The translations under genes were made by a program, and so were the position numbers. A stretch of DNA of 64,000 bases from Nitrosopumilus sp. Lineage in GTDB: Archaea; Thermoproteota; Nitrososphaeria; Nitrososphaerales; Nitrosopumilaceae. The stretch lies in the NCBI GenBank assembly GCA_965218785.1, contig OZ244650.1, forward strand, positions 1,248,001-1,312,000. Direction: 5' to 3'. Below are positions 21,620 through 30,896 of the stretch, piece by piece; position 1 is the first letter of the stretch; each line of letters begins with the position of its first letter. A model generated the notes under the pieces. That model had not been told where the DNA came from. It made no database searches and was given only the letters and a program-made list of their open reading frames with translations.

Positions 21620-21758
21620 TGATTTTTTTTGATCAATGTCTTGATTTGAAAAGACGGGAATTGACAGGTTATCTAGTATTTTTTCTTCTTTCTTTTTCCT
21701 AAAAAACATCGGCCAAAGATTCACCGTATGCGTCTTCAACAAGGCAAGAAAATGTCAT
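21620..21758 (-). pseudogene. Truncated, frameshifted TOPRIM-like partner of the ABC ATPase
   Basis: ATG overlaps the ATPase TGA (ATGA, 21755-21758). Reads MTFSCLVEDAYGESLADVF*, and removing one T from the T6 run extends the frame (FRKKKEEKILDNL...). Confidence 0.5.
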
Positions 21759-23047
21759 AAATTCCCATCAAAATAAGTATCACTAAACGTCATTTCAGTA
21801 TCAAGTAGCTGCTTTGTTAATTCCTCGATATTGTTGATATGACTAAAACTGCTAGATGAACTAACACGTTCAGTTAGTATGATGTCATTTAGATCACAAA
21901 GATCCATTATATGTGGAGAATGCGTAGTCATAAAAACAATTGTATCCTCACAACGACTACATTCTTGTAAAATATATCGAATTATACCTGAATGCAGTGA
22001 ATTCTCAATCTCATCAATTAATAGTATTGTGAGTTTCAAATGTAATGCCGTTAAAATAAATAACGTTCTCAACAGACCGTCAGGAAGACTTTTTGAGGTG
22101 TATGTTATAGTATCATATGTTGCATTTAATGTGATCGTACCTTCTTGATTTAGATTAAAACCTAGCTCCCACCCCGGAAATAATGTTTGCATTGCATTTT
22201 CTATAATGCCTGGAAATCGTTTATTGTTTTGTAAAAACCGATTGTATAACAAAATAATTAAACCATTACCATGTTCATCTAACTGATATTGTTGGTCATA
22301 ATTTTCAGAAATGCGCACATTACAAATTGATTTTACAGATAATACGCTGTAAAAATTTAAAGAATGCATAACACTAGTGAATAATGGCTCTCCGTTTCCA
22401 TCGGGATGGACAAAAACATTAGAAATACATGCCATATTACCATTTAATGAACCATATGCAAAATCTTTGTTGTAACTAAATCGTGAACGATGTATGAAAT
22501 CCATTATTGATCTTGAATCCTCAATCATTGTTTTTTGGGTTCCTGTATCTAGCAAAAATTGAAATAATTGATTTTCATGTTTATCTGACGCTGTTCTAAT
22601 TTGTTCTAATTTATCTAGTAATTTTCGAGGGTATGATACAACAAATTCCTTATATTGTCTTTTAATAGTGCATACATCTGTTACCTGTAAAAATTCATAA
22701 AGAAAGGTTACAGATTCATTCATTCCATTTATTTTTGCCTGATAATGAAATGCATGTTCATTCACCTTGCCTTTAATTTCAAATTCTATAATTTGATCAG
22801 TGTTGAGTTTATGACAGACATTTTGATATCCGCCCCATCTGCTAAATGGGTATGATGGTGACTTGGTCGGTCTGATAATTTTTTGTAATAATAGAAAAAA
22901 TTCCAGAAAATTTGTTTTACCTGAACCATTGGGACCAATTAGTACATTTAATTTGTTTATTGATACATCTATATCCGCTAGACTCTTAAATCCGTTAACT
23001 TTAATTTCTTCTATTTTTAGCATGTTGGAATTAGAAAAATTTATCAT
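21755..23047 (-). CDS. ABC-class (AAA_21/OLD-like) ATPase, putative defence component
   Basis: Walker A GPNGSGKTN, signature LPDG, Walker B LLIDEIENSLH, H-loop TTHSP; AT-rich. Confidence 0.85.
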   Translation of the reverse strand: MINFSNSNMLKIEEIKVNGFKSLADIDVSINKLNVLIGPNGSGKTNFLEFFLLLQKIIRPTKSPSYPFSRWGGYQNVCHKLNTDQIIEFEIKGKVNEHAFHYQAKINGMNESVTFLYEFLQVTDVCTIKRQYKEFVVSYPRKLLDKLEQIRTASDKHENQLFQFLLDTGTQKTMIEDSRSIMDFIHRSRFSYNKDFAYGSLNGNMACISNVFVHPDGNGEPLFTSVMHSLNFYSVLSVKSICNVRISENYDQQYQLDEHGNGLIILLYNRFLQNNKRFPGIIENAMQTLFPGWELGFNLNQEGTITLNATYDTITYTSKSLPDGLLRTLFILTALHLKLTILLIDEIENSLHSGIIRYILQECSRCEDTIVFMTTHSPHIMDLCDLNDIILTERVSSSSSFSHINNIEELTKQLLDTEMTFSDTYFDGNL

Positions 23048-23192
23048 CTATTTATCTGTAAAACAGAAAGGGTCTGTAATCTGCAAGACCCAGAATAGAA
23101 CCCCTAGGTGCAGGATGTACTGATGGCAGAATCGGTTTCTAGTTGTGGTAAATCTTTTTTATCACACATTACCAACAAACATCTGATGTAAT

Positions 23193-23885
23193 TTGGCAAA
23201 GGGCAAGACGTTGATCATACCTGACATTCATATGAACTATCTGGATGCAGAGCTGATAATATCCTCAGAGCATCCTGACAAAGTGGTGTTTCTCGGCGAT
23301 TACTTTGACTCTTTTGGGGATACCCTGGAACTAGCAGAGCAGACTGCACACTGGCTGTCGCACTCTATCCGTGATAAAAACAGGGTTCACCTTGTTGGAA
23401 ACCACGATCTTGGGTACATGACTGATCTATTACATCTGAAATCCGCGGGTTTTACTGAATACAAAAAACATGCAATAGACATGCATCAAATCGCCTGGGA
23501 CAAGATGCGGTTGTACTACTTTCTTGATGACTGGCTTTGCACACATGCTGGAGTAAGCAGACAGTTCTTTGAGAAATACGGCAAAAAGAATCTAGTTGAG
23601 TTTATGAGGCAATCCGGCGAGGACATCAAACATATCAACAGTGCAGGATACCAGCACAGATTCCTGCAGTGCGGCAGGTCTAGAGGCGGGCAACATGAAC
23701 ACGGTGGAATTCTTTGGTGCGACTATGACGAGTTTGAGGATATTGCAGGACAAAAACAGATATTCGGTCACACCCGTGATGCAAATGTAAGGCAGGCATC
23801 AAACCACATCTGCATTGATACCGGACTGTCCCATTATGCAGTGTACCAGGATAGCAAGATGAACATCAAAAAATTCACAAAATAG
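23193..23885 (+). CDS. Calcineurin-like metallophosphoesterase
   Basis: DIH, GDYFD, GNHD, THAG, FGHT motifs. Confidence 0.9.
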   Translation: MAKGKTLIIPDIHMNYLDAELIISSEHPDKVVFLGDYFDSFGDTLELAEQTAHWLSHSIRDKNRVHLVGNHDLGYMTDLLHLKSAGFTEYKKHAIDMHQIAWDKMRLYYFLDDWLCTHAGVSRQFFEKYGKKNLVEFMRQSGEDIKHINSAGYQHRFLQCGRSRGGQHEHGGILWCDYDEFEDIAGQKQIFGHTRDANVRQASNHICIDTGLSHYAVYQDSKMNIKKFTK

Positions 23886-24038
23886 GGACATGCTAATTTA
23901 CCACTTTATAACGACCAGACAGAGCATCTTGAATAAATGGATTGCAGAAGAAATACAAAGTTTCAATCAGGGGAAGATGTGTTCGAGTCTTGATTATTGG
24001 GCAGGCCCATCATCCATCTTTACTGTCAATCCAGTCTT

Positions 24039-24567
24039 TGTGTGTGACTTGTGGAATCCTACGCAGTGATTAGCTTCTTTCTGCAATGTGGAAGACTGTT
24101 TTTTGATTAACCACGACGGCATCATCTACAGGAGTCGTTGCAATAACCTGAAAAGCCAGGCGTCCGCCATAGTATGGAATCATTATGCAGTCACTCTTTA
24201 TCAAAGGAATACTATCCAAGGTATCTGCAAGATATTTCTCGTCAACTAGAGGAATTGTCTCCAATGGCGCCACCGTTATCTTTTCTGCGGCTACTGCATC
24301 TATTTTTCTGGGTGAAACTGTATCTTTGAGTTCAATTCCCGAATTATGTCTGGTCAACCCGTCAATTCTGATAATTTTCCTTCCTTCATCAGATGGGTAC
24401 AACGGAAGGCATTTTGTCACCGTTCTTCTTTTACCATTTATCTCTAGTACGTCGCCAGTTGAGACATCAAGCGCAGTCATGGAATCATGATCAATTCTTG
24501 CCACCGTCCTGCCAACGTCCCTTGTATATGCATCAAGAACCTCAAGTGACAGGGGATTTTGACTCAT
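24039..24567 (-). pseudogene. Truncated CDC48/VCP paralog (N-domain only)
   Basis: LEVLDAYTRDVGR...IIRIDGLTRHNSG is a CDC48 N-domain. After the TAA at 24070 the frame continues SLRRIPQVTHKD, resembling the CDC48 linker VPQVTYED. No AAA domains follow. Confidence 0.8.
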
Positions 24568-24604
24568 ACAGCAAATACTCTACATGATTTTTATATCTTT
24601 GTGG

Positions 24605-24745
24605 TGGTGGGGACCTCTCTAGAATGAGAACACTCAGATACATACACTTTTTGAGCAAGTTGGGAGGTAAAACACCGTGGTAAAGAGCAAATTCACCCCA
24701 CAGGAAAAGGCAAGAATAGTCCTGGAATCCATAAACACCTGGCTA
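24605..24745 (+). mobile_element. IS3-family remnant (left end + OrfA N-terminus)
   Basis: GTG at 24677 after GGAGG gives VKSKFTPQEKARIVLESIN, typical of HTH_Tnp_1 OrfA. Similarity is then lost. Confidence 0.6.
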
Positions 24746-25459
24746 TTCTATTTTATCATACATGACAAATATTTTTGCGTGACATACCGAGCTGTTTCAG
24801 AAAAACTGATCAGCAAGGGCTACAAATAATATCAGATGCAGTGATGCGCCAGATAACAAAAGCTCAAAAAAATGCTGATCACGGAAATCACATGCCGGTT
24901 TTTATGCCGGCATTTCCAACACCGCAACGGCAGTTGCAGCAGGCTCCACATACTCCAGATAGTCCCGATAAATGCCTCTGTACGTTAATCTGATTCAGGT
25001 AAAACAAGTCAGCGGTATTTACCAGAACCAAGCCAACTGTTCATGTTTACCGCATCAGGTAAACCTGCCGATAATTGGCAGGACACATGCTAAACCGCGG
25101 CAACAGCAATAAGGGTGTGCGACACTCATGACTGCCAACAAATGAGAGTTTGGATCTGATGACATTCATTTGGGATGACACAAAAAAAGAAAACAAATAC
25201 GACACACTGCTTGAGGCACAGATCAGTTGCAGTTTACAGATTTCCATGCCGGATCTTCAGACACCGCATTTGCACGTTACAACCCACGAGATGTGACAGA
25301 GATAACATGACCCGGTTTATTTTTAAAAAATATTTTTGAGGGTCATTCATTATTATCCATTATTGCATCCGTTGATCTGCAGATGACAATGTTCAAACAT
25401 TACAGATACATACTCTGAAATACATACATCTAAAACAGTAGACGGGAATCAGATATCAT

Positions 25460-25837
25460 CTAAATCTCGACTGTGATTTTCTTGATTTTGGTAATTAGGC
25501 GGATTTTTGTGTCGATTGGCATCTCAGGCTCCATTGCAAAATAAACAATGTTTCTTTTGGTGTAAATTACCATTTGAGAGACCTTTTCCCTTTCAACATG
25601 CACGTATCGTACCTTTCCAAGGGTCTTGTCAAACTCTTTTCTCATCGCCCTTCTTTGTGCGACCTGTTTGCAAAAGTGCTCCTCCTCTTTTTGCGACTCG
25701 AGACTGGTTTTGCCCGTCTTCATGATCGCCTCACGGATCTTTCCCTTTGAATCAATTATCGCCGCAAATCTCATTTGTGGATCCAGATTGAGGATTTTTT
25801 GAACAATGCGTAGCAGGTCGGTTTTTTTCTCAGCCAT
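25460..25837 (-). CDS. Thaumarchaeal roadblock-like protein (DUF6659-like)
   Basis: ILNLDPQMRFAAIIDSKGK...FDKTLGKVRYVHVEREKV pattern. Confidence 0.7.
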   Translation of the reverse strand: MAEKKTDLLRIVQKILNLDPQMRFAAIIDSKGKIREAIMKTGKTSLESQKEEEHFCKQVAQRRAMRKEFDKTLGKVRYVHVEREKVSQMVIYTKRNIVYFAMEPEMPIDTKIRLITKIKKITVEI

Positions 25838-25920
25838 CTAATTGAAAAATTTCCTTACTAAATATAATCTAATGAATGTTTTTCGGGAACGATTAAATCA
25901 TTTTAAAAATATGCCAGTAT

Positions 25921-26538
25921 ATGACGAGATCAATTTTCAGGATCCTGGAGGAACTAGACATACAGTCAAATCTGGAAAAAACACGAAAAGTCAAGACCGC
26001 ACCGGAGGATAGAATGCTGGCAATAACAAGGGATACAGGAAAGTTGCTAAACGTGATTTTACACATGAAAAACGCAAAAAATATGCTCGAGATAGGAACA
26101 TCAACCGGGTATTCCACGATATGGTGTGCAGAAGCCATTTCCAAGCAATCAGGGATGATCATCACAATCGAGCAGAATCCAAACAAGATTAAAAGGGCAA
26201 AAGAGAATTTTCAAAAGGCGGGGGTCTCAGATACGATCACGGTAAGGGAGGGGCAGGCAGCGGGGATACTTGCCGAGTTAAATTCGGGACTGGGATACAG
26301 GGAGTTTTTCGACCTTGTTTTAATTGACGCAGACAAGGAGAACGTCATAAGATATTTTGATCTGGTTCTGCCAATGGTAAAAACGCGTGGAATAATAGTA
26401 ACAGACAACATGCTGTATCCTGAAAAATACAGGGAGCACATGAAAAAATTTTCAAATCATCTCAAAAAAAATCCAAATCTTCGTACAGAGACGCTGGAGA
26501 TTGGCAACGGGGAGGAAATTACGATAAAGTTATCCTAG
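25921..26538 (+). CDS. SAM-dependent O-methyltransferase
   Basis: LEIGTSTGYSTIW, FDLVLIDADK, IVTDN motifs. Confidence 0.9.
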   Translation: MTRSIFRILEELDIQSNLEKTRKVKTAPEDRMLAITRDTGKLLNVILHMKNAKNMLEIGTSTGYSTIWCAEAISKQSGMIITIEQNPNKIKRAKENFQKAGVSDTITVREGQAAGILAELNSGLGYREFFDLVLIDADKENVIRYFDLVLPMVKTRGIIVTDNMLYPEKYREHMKKFSNHLKKNPNLRTETLEIGNGEEITIKLS

Positions 26539-26611
26539 CAGTATGGCCTGAGCATGCATCGTATGGCATGTTGTTCTTGCCGTTTATTAATCAGAAAAAA
26601 CGAGCCCACGT

Positions 26612-26818
26612 ATGAGGACAGGAATACCGCTAATCATTATAGGGACAGTCATGTTTGGAGTAGGACTGGTCTTATTTTACTCAATTGAGCTGGGACAGAC
26701 AGACGCCACGTTGAGGTTTATTAAAAACGGCGGCACCTTTATCGGCATCAGCGGGATGGGGGTGGGTTTGGCAGGCATCCTGCTATATCTCATCAGTAAA
26801 AACGAACCTCGCCGATGA
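26612..26818 (+). CDS. Small two-TM membrane protein
   Basis: Two hydrophobic segments, ATG after AT-rich promoter. Confidence 0.7.
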   Translation: MRTGIPLIIIGTVMFGVGLVLFYSIELGQTDATLRFIKNGGTFIGISGMGVGLAGILLYLISKNEPRR

Positions 26819-27046
26819 TGATTGGGGATTCAAAAGAGTCATGTTTCTGCGTTTGTTTGTAGATGCAAATCAGTTACAGAAAGACGGCTGCTGGCGGAGT
26901 TCTTCGATGACATGATGTCGAGTATAAATGCCAAAGTGGCTTTGCCGGAATGATTTTCAGGATATGTTAATTGGCTTTTAGAGGCAGCAGATAGGGCATC
27001 GGCTGGCATGACTAAATTATTATAATAAAATAAACCAGCATCAGAT

Positions 27047-27472
27047 ATGCCTGAAAAGATCTGGATTGGGGCGATATATCTTAAGGAGGAGGGAGGATAC
27101 GAGATAGTTCTAAAATCACTAAAACATTACAAAAACAGATTAATGAGCATGGGTAACAGCCCGGAATTAAAAGATGCGGCTGCAATGTTTGCATCTGTTT
27201 TAAACCAGCAGGCAAGAAAAACAATTCCAAAAATTGACGAGGTGACTCGAAGGATTCATGACTGTCTGGTGGACAGTCAGTCAATTGGCAGGCTCTGTGA
27301 GGATGTTCCGTTTTTGGTGAAGGCGTTATCGTGTTATGAGGCAGACATTCACAAGGCATGGGATACGGGGCACGAGTACTTTGTGGGGATTGTGGGGGAC
27401 ATGGCAGAATCAAAAAACGATCTTAAAGCCATCAAGACGGCACTAGACAGGATAAAACAGTATTCAGGCTGA
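27047..27472 (+). CDS. Hypothetical protein
   Basis: 141-aa ORF with TATA-like upstream sequence and normal composition. Confidence 0.7.
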   Translation: MPEKIWIGAIYLKEEGGYEIVLKSLKHYKNRLMSMGNSPELKDAAAMFASVLNQQARKTIPKIDEVTRRIHDCLVDSQSIGRLCEDVPFLVKALSCYEADIHKAWDTGHEYFVGIVGDMAESKNDLKAIKTALDRIKQYSG

Positions 27473-27718
27473 TTTTGGTCCTTGCAGATACCAGTCAAGA
27501 TACGGCATCAGTGCAGCGCACATTTTCTTTTTTTCAGGTTCGCTTTTGGTGTTTTGAATCTTTTGAATTTTTCCTTGGAGGTATTTGGAGACATGCGGAC
27601 TGGTGAAAAAAGGCGTTATCTGATTCAGGGTATCGAGGATTCTTTCTGAAGAAATGTTTTCAAAATTGATCAGGATTTGGTTAATTTGATCCTCCAGTGA
27701 CATGTGATTTCTCGTCAT
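27464..27718 (-). CDS. Hypothetical protein
   Basis: 84-aa ORF (start may be MSLEDQ) with protein-like composition. Confidence 0.6.
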   Translation of the reverse strand: MTRNHMSLEDQINQILINFENISSERILDTLNQITPFFTSPHVSKYLQGKIQKIQNTKSEPEKKKMCAALMPYLDWYLQGPKSA

Positions 27719-27762
27719 GGAATCCCGTTATTATCGTTGTTGTTGTTGTTATTGTTTGGGGG

Positions 27763-28008
27763 TCAGGTGAGATCATCGTCATCCCAAGTAAGCCGGAACT
27801 TTCCAGAAACCCTAAACATCTTAAATTTTCCACCCTTCTTGAAATTGAGCTTGTAGGATTTATGAGAGGTATCCTCAATCTCCAAAGTGACGCCATCTTT
27901 AATGGTTTGAAAGACCAGCGGGTCATTTGAAATTTGCTTCCATTCATCTTCTGCAAAATCCATATAGAATTTGGTGTACAGCAGCCCCATGAATTTCTTA
28001 GAAATCAC
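27763..28008 (-). CDS. Hypothetical protein
   Basis: 81-aa ORF (start may be MGLLYTK). Confidence 0.6.
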   Translation of the reverse strand: MISKKFMGLLYTKFYMDFAEDEWKQISNDPLVFQTIKDGVTLEIEDTSHKSYKLNFKKGGKFKMFRVSGKFRLTWDDDDLT

Positions 28009-28080
28009 ACATGAATAAATGATTAGATGTGGCCTTGATCTTTTGAGATATGGTCATTCTCTGATTCTGGTGCAAATAGG

Positions 28081-28106
28081 GCTCTGATCACCAAATACGG
28101 CAGAAC
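28081..28106 (+). repeat. 26-bp direct repeat, left copy (gctctgatcaccaaatacggcagaac)
   Basis: Exact match to 32491-32516. Confidence 0.9.
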
Positions 28107-28149
28107 CAACCAGGTTAAAGGAGGATTTTGATCGACTTGTTGCAGACAT

Positions 28150-28331
28150 GAGATTTGGTCTGGCATAAAATCAAACATTTGGATATTCTTTTGGAATCTG
28201 GAGGAGGTGATATTGATGCAGCATATAAAATTCTTAACTTATTCAAAAGTTATGCAAATAAAATATCTGTAATAGTTCCTTTTTATGCTAAAAGTGCTGT
28301 AACGTTAATTGCCCAAGACGATAGAAGATGA
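28150..28331 (+). pseudogene. SDH_sah/ClpP-class serine protease fragment
   Basis: HLDILLESGGGDIDAAYKILNLFKSYANKISVIVPFYAKSAVTLIA then stop. Confidence 0.75.
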
Positions 28332-28834
28332 GATATTCCACTATTGTACTCAGGGAATATGCGGACTATTACAACGAGTCAAGACTGCACTTTTCACGTG
28401 ACATTGACAACTATGAGACCCCGCTTATGGCTTTTAGAAACAAAAAGACCACAGATGCGATCAGAAAAAACAACTAGGAATGGATGGAGAATGATGCAGA
28501 TGATTAGCGGACGTACTTTTCATATAATGCAGAAATTAGTCCAGTCAAATAAACTTAAAAATAAGTCTCTTGTACATAACGTAATCTCTCATTAGGGGAT
28601 GGAACCCTAGCAGATGTAACTTGTAAGGGAAGATCTGGGCACCGCCTGAGAGTGCTATTCTATTTTTAAATCACAATATAACTATTCAAATAATCTTACG
28701 ATCCCTTACAATTTTTACACAGTAATTTATCCCATGACTCTTGTTTGCAAATCTATCAGATTTTATTTCAGATTCAATCCATCTTAACGATTGTTTTTCT
28801 GTATCAACATAAACGATTGTGATTTTTCTCAATT

Positions 28835-29059
28835 TCACTTTGAAATTACTTTGAGGGAAATTATTTCAGGATATTGTTTCAAAATTAATTCGGATTCGGT
28901 AATTGCAGCATCCCAGCTTTCAAATTTTTTAATCGCAGTGTGATCATAATCAGTATTTTTGTTCCTCGCATCCTTATTTTGATAATCTGACATTTGATTT
29001 TGAAGATATTTACAAAAATCTTCATTCGGACATGTTATATGAAATTCGTATTTCTTCAA
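28835..29059 (-). CDS. Small AT-rich hypothetical protein
   Basis: 74-aa ORF with TTG start inside islet. Confidence 0.45.
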   Translation of the reverse strand: MKKYEFHITCPNEDFCKYLQNQMSDYQNKDARNKNTDYDHTAIKKFESWDAAITESELILKQYPEIISLKVISK

Positions 29060-29303
29060 TATTCTACAACTCCAAATATTTTATATTTATTTGTTAAGGG
29101 GTTGATTTTTAGCTTGTTTGTGGGATTGTTATTTTTATGACTAGTCATGATTTGTCTGGTTTAATAGATATTTTAAAAATAGCGATCAGAAAAAAATAGA
29201 TTTATGAGTAAAACTAGTATAAAAAAAAGGAAACAGTTCACTACTATTCTAGACAGAAAAGACGATTTTATTTCCGGGCTCATGTAACGTACACTTTGCT
29301 CTC

Positions 29304-29480
29304 ATGAACATTACGATCAAGAAAAGACACGGAATCAGTGGTCTGATTCAGGTCGCAGCGATTGTAGGAACTGATCATCTTTACGGGTGTTTTATTCACC
29401 TTTGCAGCCGACATATTTGACATGCAGACAGTTGCGGGATCCGTATACCTCCAAAAATCCTCTGGTTCAGGTGGATTCTA
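29304..29480 (+). pseudogene. Archaeal type IV pilin-like remnant
   Basis: MNITIKKRH-GISGLIQVAAIVG class III signal-like sequence, continuing after a frameshift as LIIFTGVLFTFAADIFD. Confidence 0.55.
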
Positions 29481-29655
29481 GTGATCTGATCATCAAAATG
29501 CACCAGAACCTAAGATTTTAGTTCCACCTACCTCGTAAAACCTGCCTTTTTTTGAGATTGTTATATGTGAGGCATAAGGACATTCAAAAATTTCATAAAA
29601 TTCAAAACAACTCTTTTTGCATCTTTATAAATAATCAATATGTCATTAGTATGAA

Positions 29656-30513
29656 ATGAGAGAAAGTTTGATTCCTAGAAAAAAAGGAATTCGTATTGAT
29701 ACCAAGAAAGATTATTCCATTCCTACTGATAGTGAGAAAGGATTTCCGTTATTAGATTTAACAGAAGAATATTTTGGATTTAATGATCTAATTATTGATG
29801 ATGAAACAAAAGAGAGATTGGAGTACATTATTGCAGAAAATCAAAATTTGAAGAAATTGCGTTCTTTTGGACTAAAACCCAAACAGAAGGTTTTATTTTG
29901 TGGACCGCCTGGGACTGGAAAAACTTTGAGTGCTAAAATTATGAGCAGTGTAGTTGGATATCCTTTTGTCTATGTACTATTTGATTCCATTCTGTCTTCA
30001 TTCTTGGGACAAACCGCTACGAATCTTAGAAAAATTTTTGATTTTATTGAACAAGACAAATTTGTTGTACTTTTTGATGAATTTGATATTGTTGGTAAGA
30101 AACGAGATGATCCTCAAGAACATGGCGAAGTAAAACGCGTTGTTAACAATTTTATGCAAATGATTGACAATTATGATGGCAACAGTATTCTGATTGCTGC
30201 TACTAATCATCCTCAATTGCTTGATACCGCAGTATGGAGAAGATTTGATGAAGTAATAGAATTCAAAAATCCCACAAAACAACAACGAAAGGAATTATTT
30301 AAAAAATATCTTGGCGTGTTAAAGAAAAATGAAGAACTGGACATTGAAAAGCTTTCATCATTGACTGCAAAATACTCCTCATCAGATATCTCTACTATTT
30401 GTGAAGATGCTTTAAGAAGAAATGTCATTCATGACAGATCTACAATAAAAAATGAGGATGTTCTTTGGGCTATTAAAGAACAGAAACGTAGAAAAAGCAT
30501 TATGTTACTATAG
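29656..30513 (+). CDS. AAA+ ATPase (IetA-like type usually paired with an S8 protease)
   Basis: GPPGTGKT, SSFLGQTATNLRKIFDF, LFDEFDIVGKKRDD...GEVKRVVN, AATNHPQLLDTAVWRRFD. Confidence 0.85.
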   Translation: MRESLIPRKKGIRIDTKKDYSIPTDSEKGFPLLDLTEEYFGFNDLIIDDETKERLEYIIAENQNLKKLRSFGLKPKQKVLFCGPPGTGKTLSAKIMSSVVGYPFVYVLFDSILSSFLGQTATNLRKIFDFIEQDKFVVLFDEFDIVGKKRDDPQEHGEVKRVVNNFMQMIDNYDGNSILIAATNHPQLLDTAVWRRFDEVIEFKNPTKQQRKELFKKYLGVLKKNEELDIEKLSSLTAKYSSSDISTICEDALRRNVIHDRSTIKNEDVLWAIKEQKRRKSIMLL

Positions 30514-30647
30514 TATCATATTCCTGATGATCTGGTGTATTTTGGTGATCAGATCACTATTTTGCATCAGAACCTAGCGAGTCCAATCTGGAGAAGAACA
30601 TATTTCACGTTTCATTCCTAGCATCCGATAATTTTAGAGCCCTTTGA

Positions 30648-30870
30648 TGTAAAGCGGCATATAGTAAAACCCACTTTACAAAGACTTTGTAAAGCAAAAA
30701 GCACTTTACAAAGTTTGTAAAGCGGCATATAGTAAAACCCACTTTACAAAGACTTTGTAAAGCAAAAAGCACTTTACAAAGTTTGTAAAGCGGCATATAG
30801 TAAAACCCACTTTACAAAGACTTTGTAAAGCAAAAAGCACTTTACAAAGTTTGTAAGGCAAAAAGCATTT
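30648..30870. repeat. 3 x 68-bp tandem repeat plus partial copy, built of palindromes CTTTACAAAG-A-CTTTGTAAAG and CTTTACAAA-G-TTTGTAAAG
   Basis: Units start at 30648, 30716 and 30784. Confidence 0.95.
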
Positions 30871-30896
30871 TTTAATCACCACAGTCATAATACATC

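Noticed and set aside
24775-25247. Short ORFs after the IS3 remnant
   Set aside because: No motifs or clear start context.
30648-30870. Possible CRISPR array
   Set aside because: Units are identical with no unique spacers, and there are no cas genes in the window.
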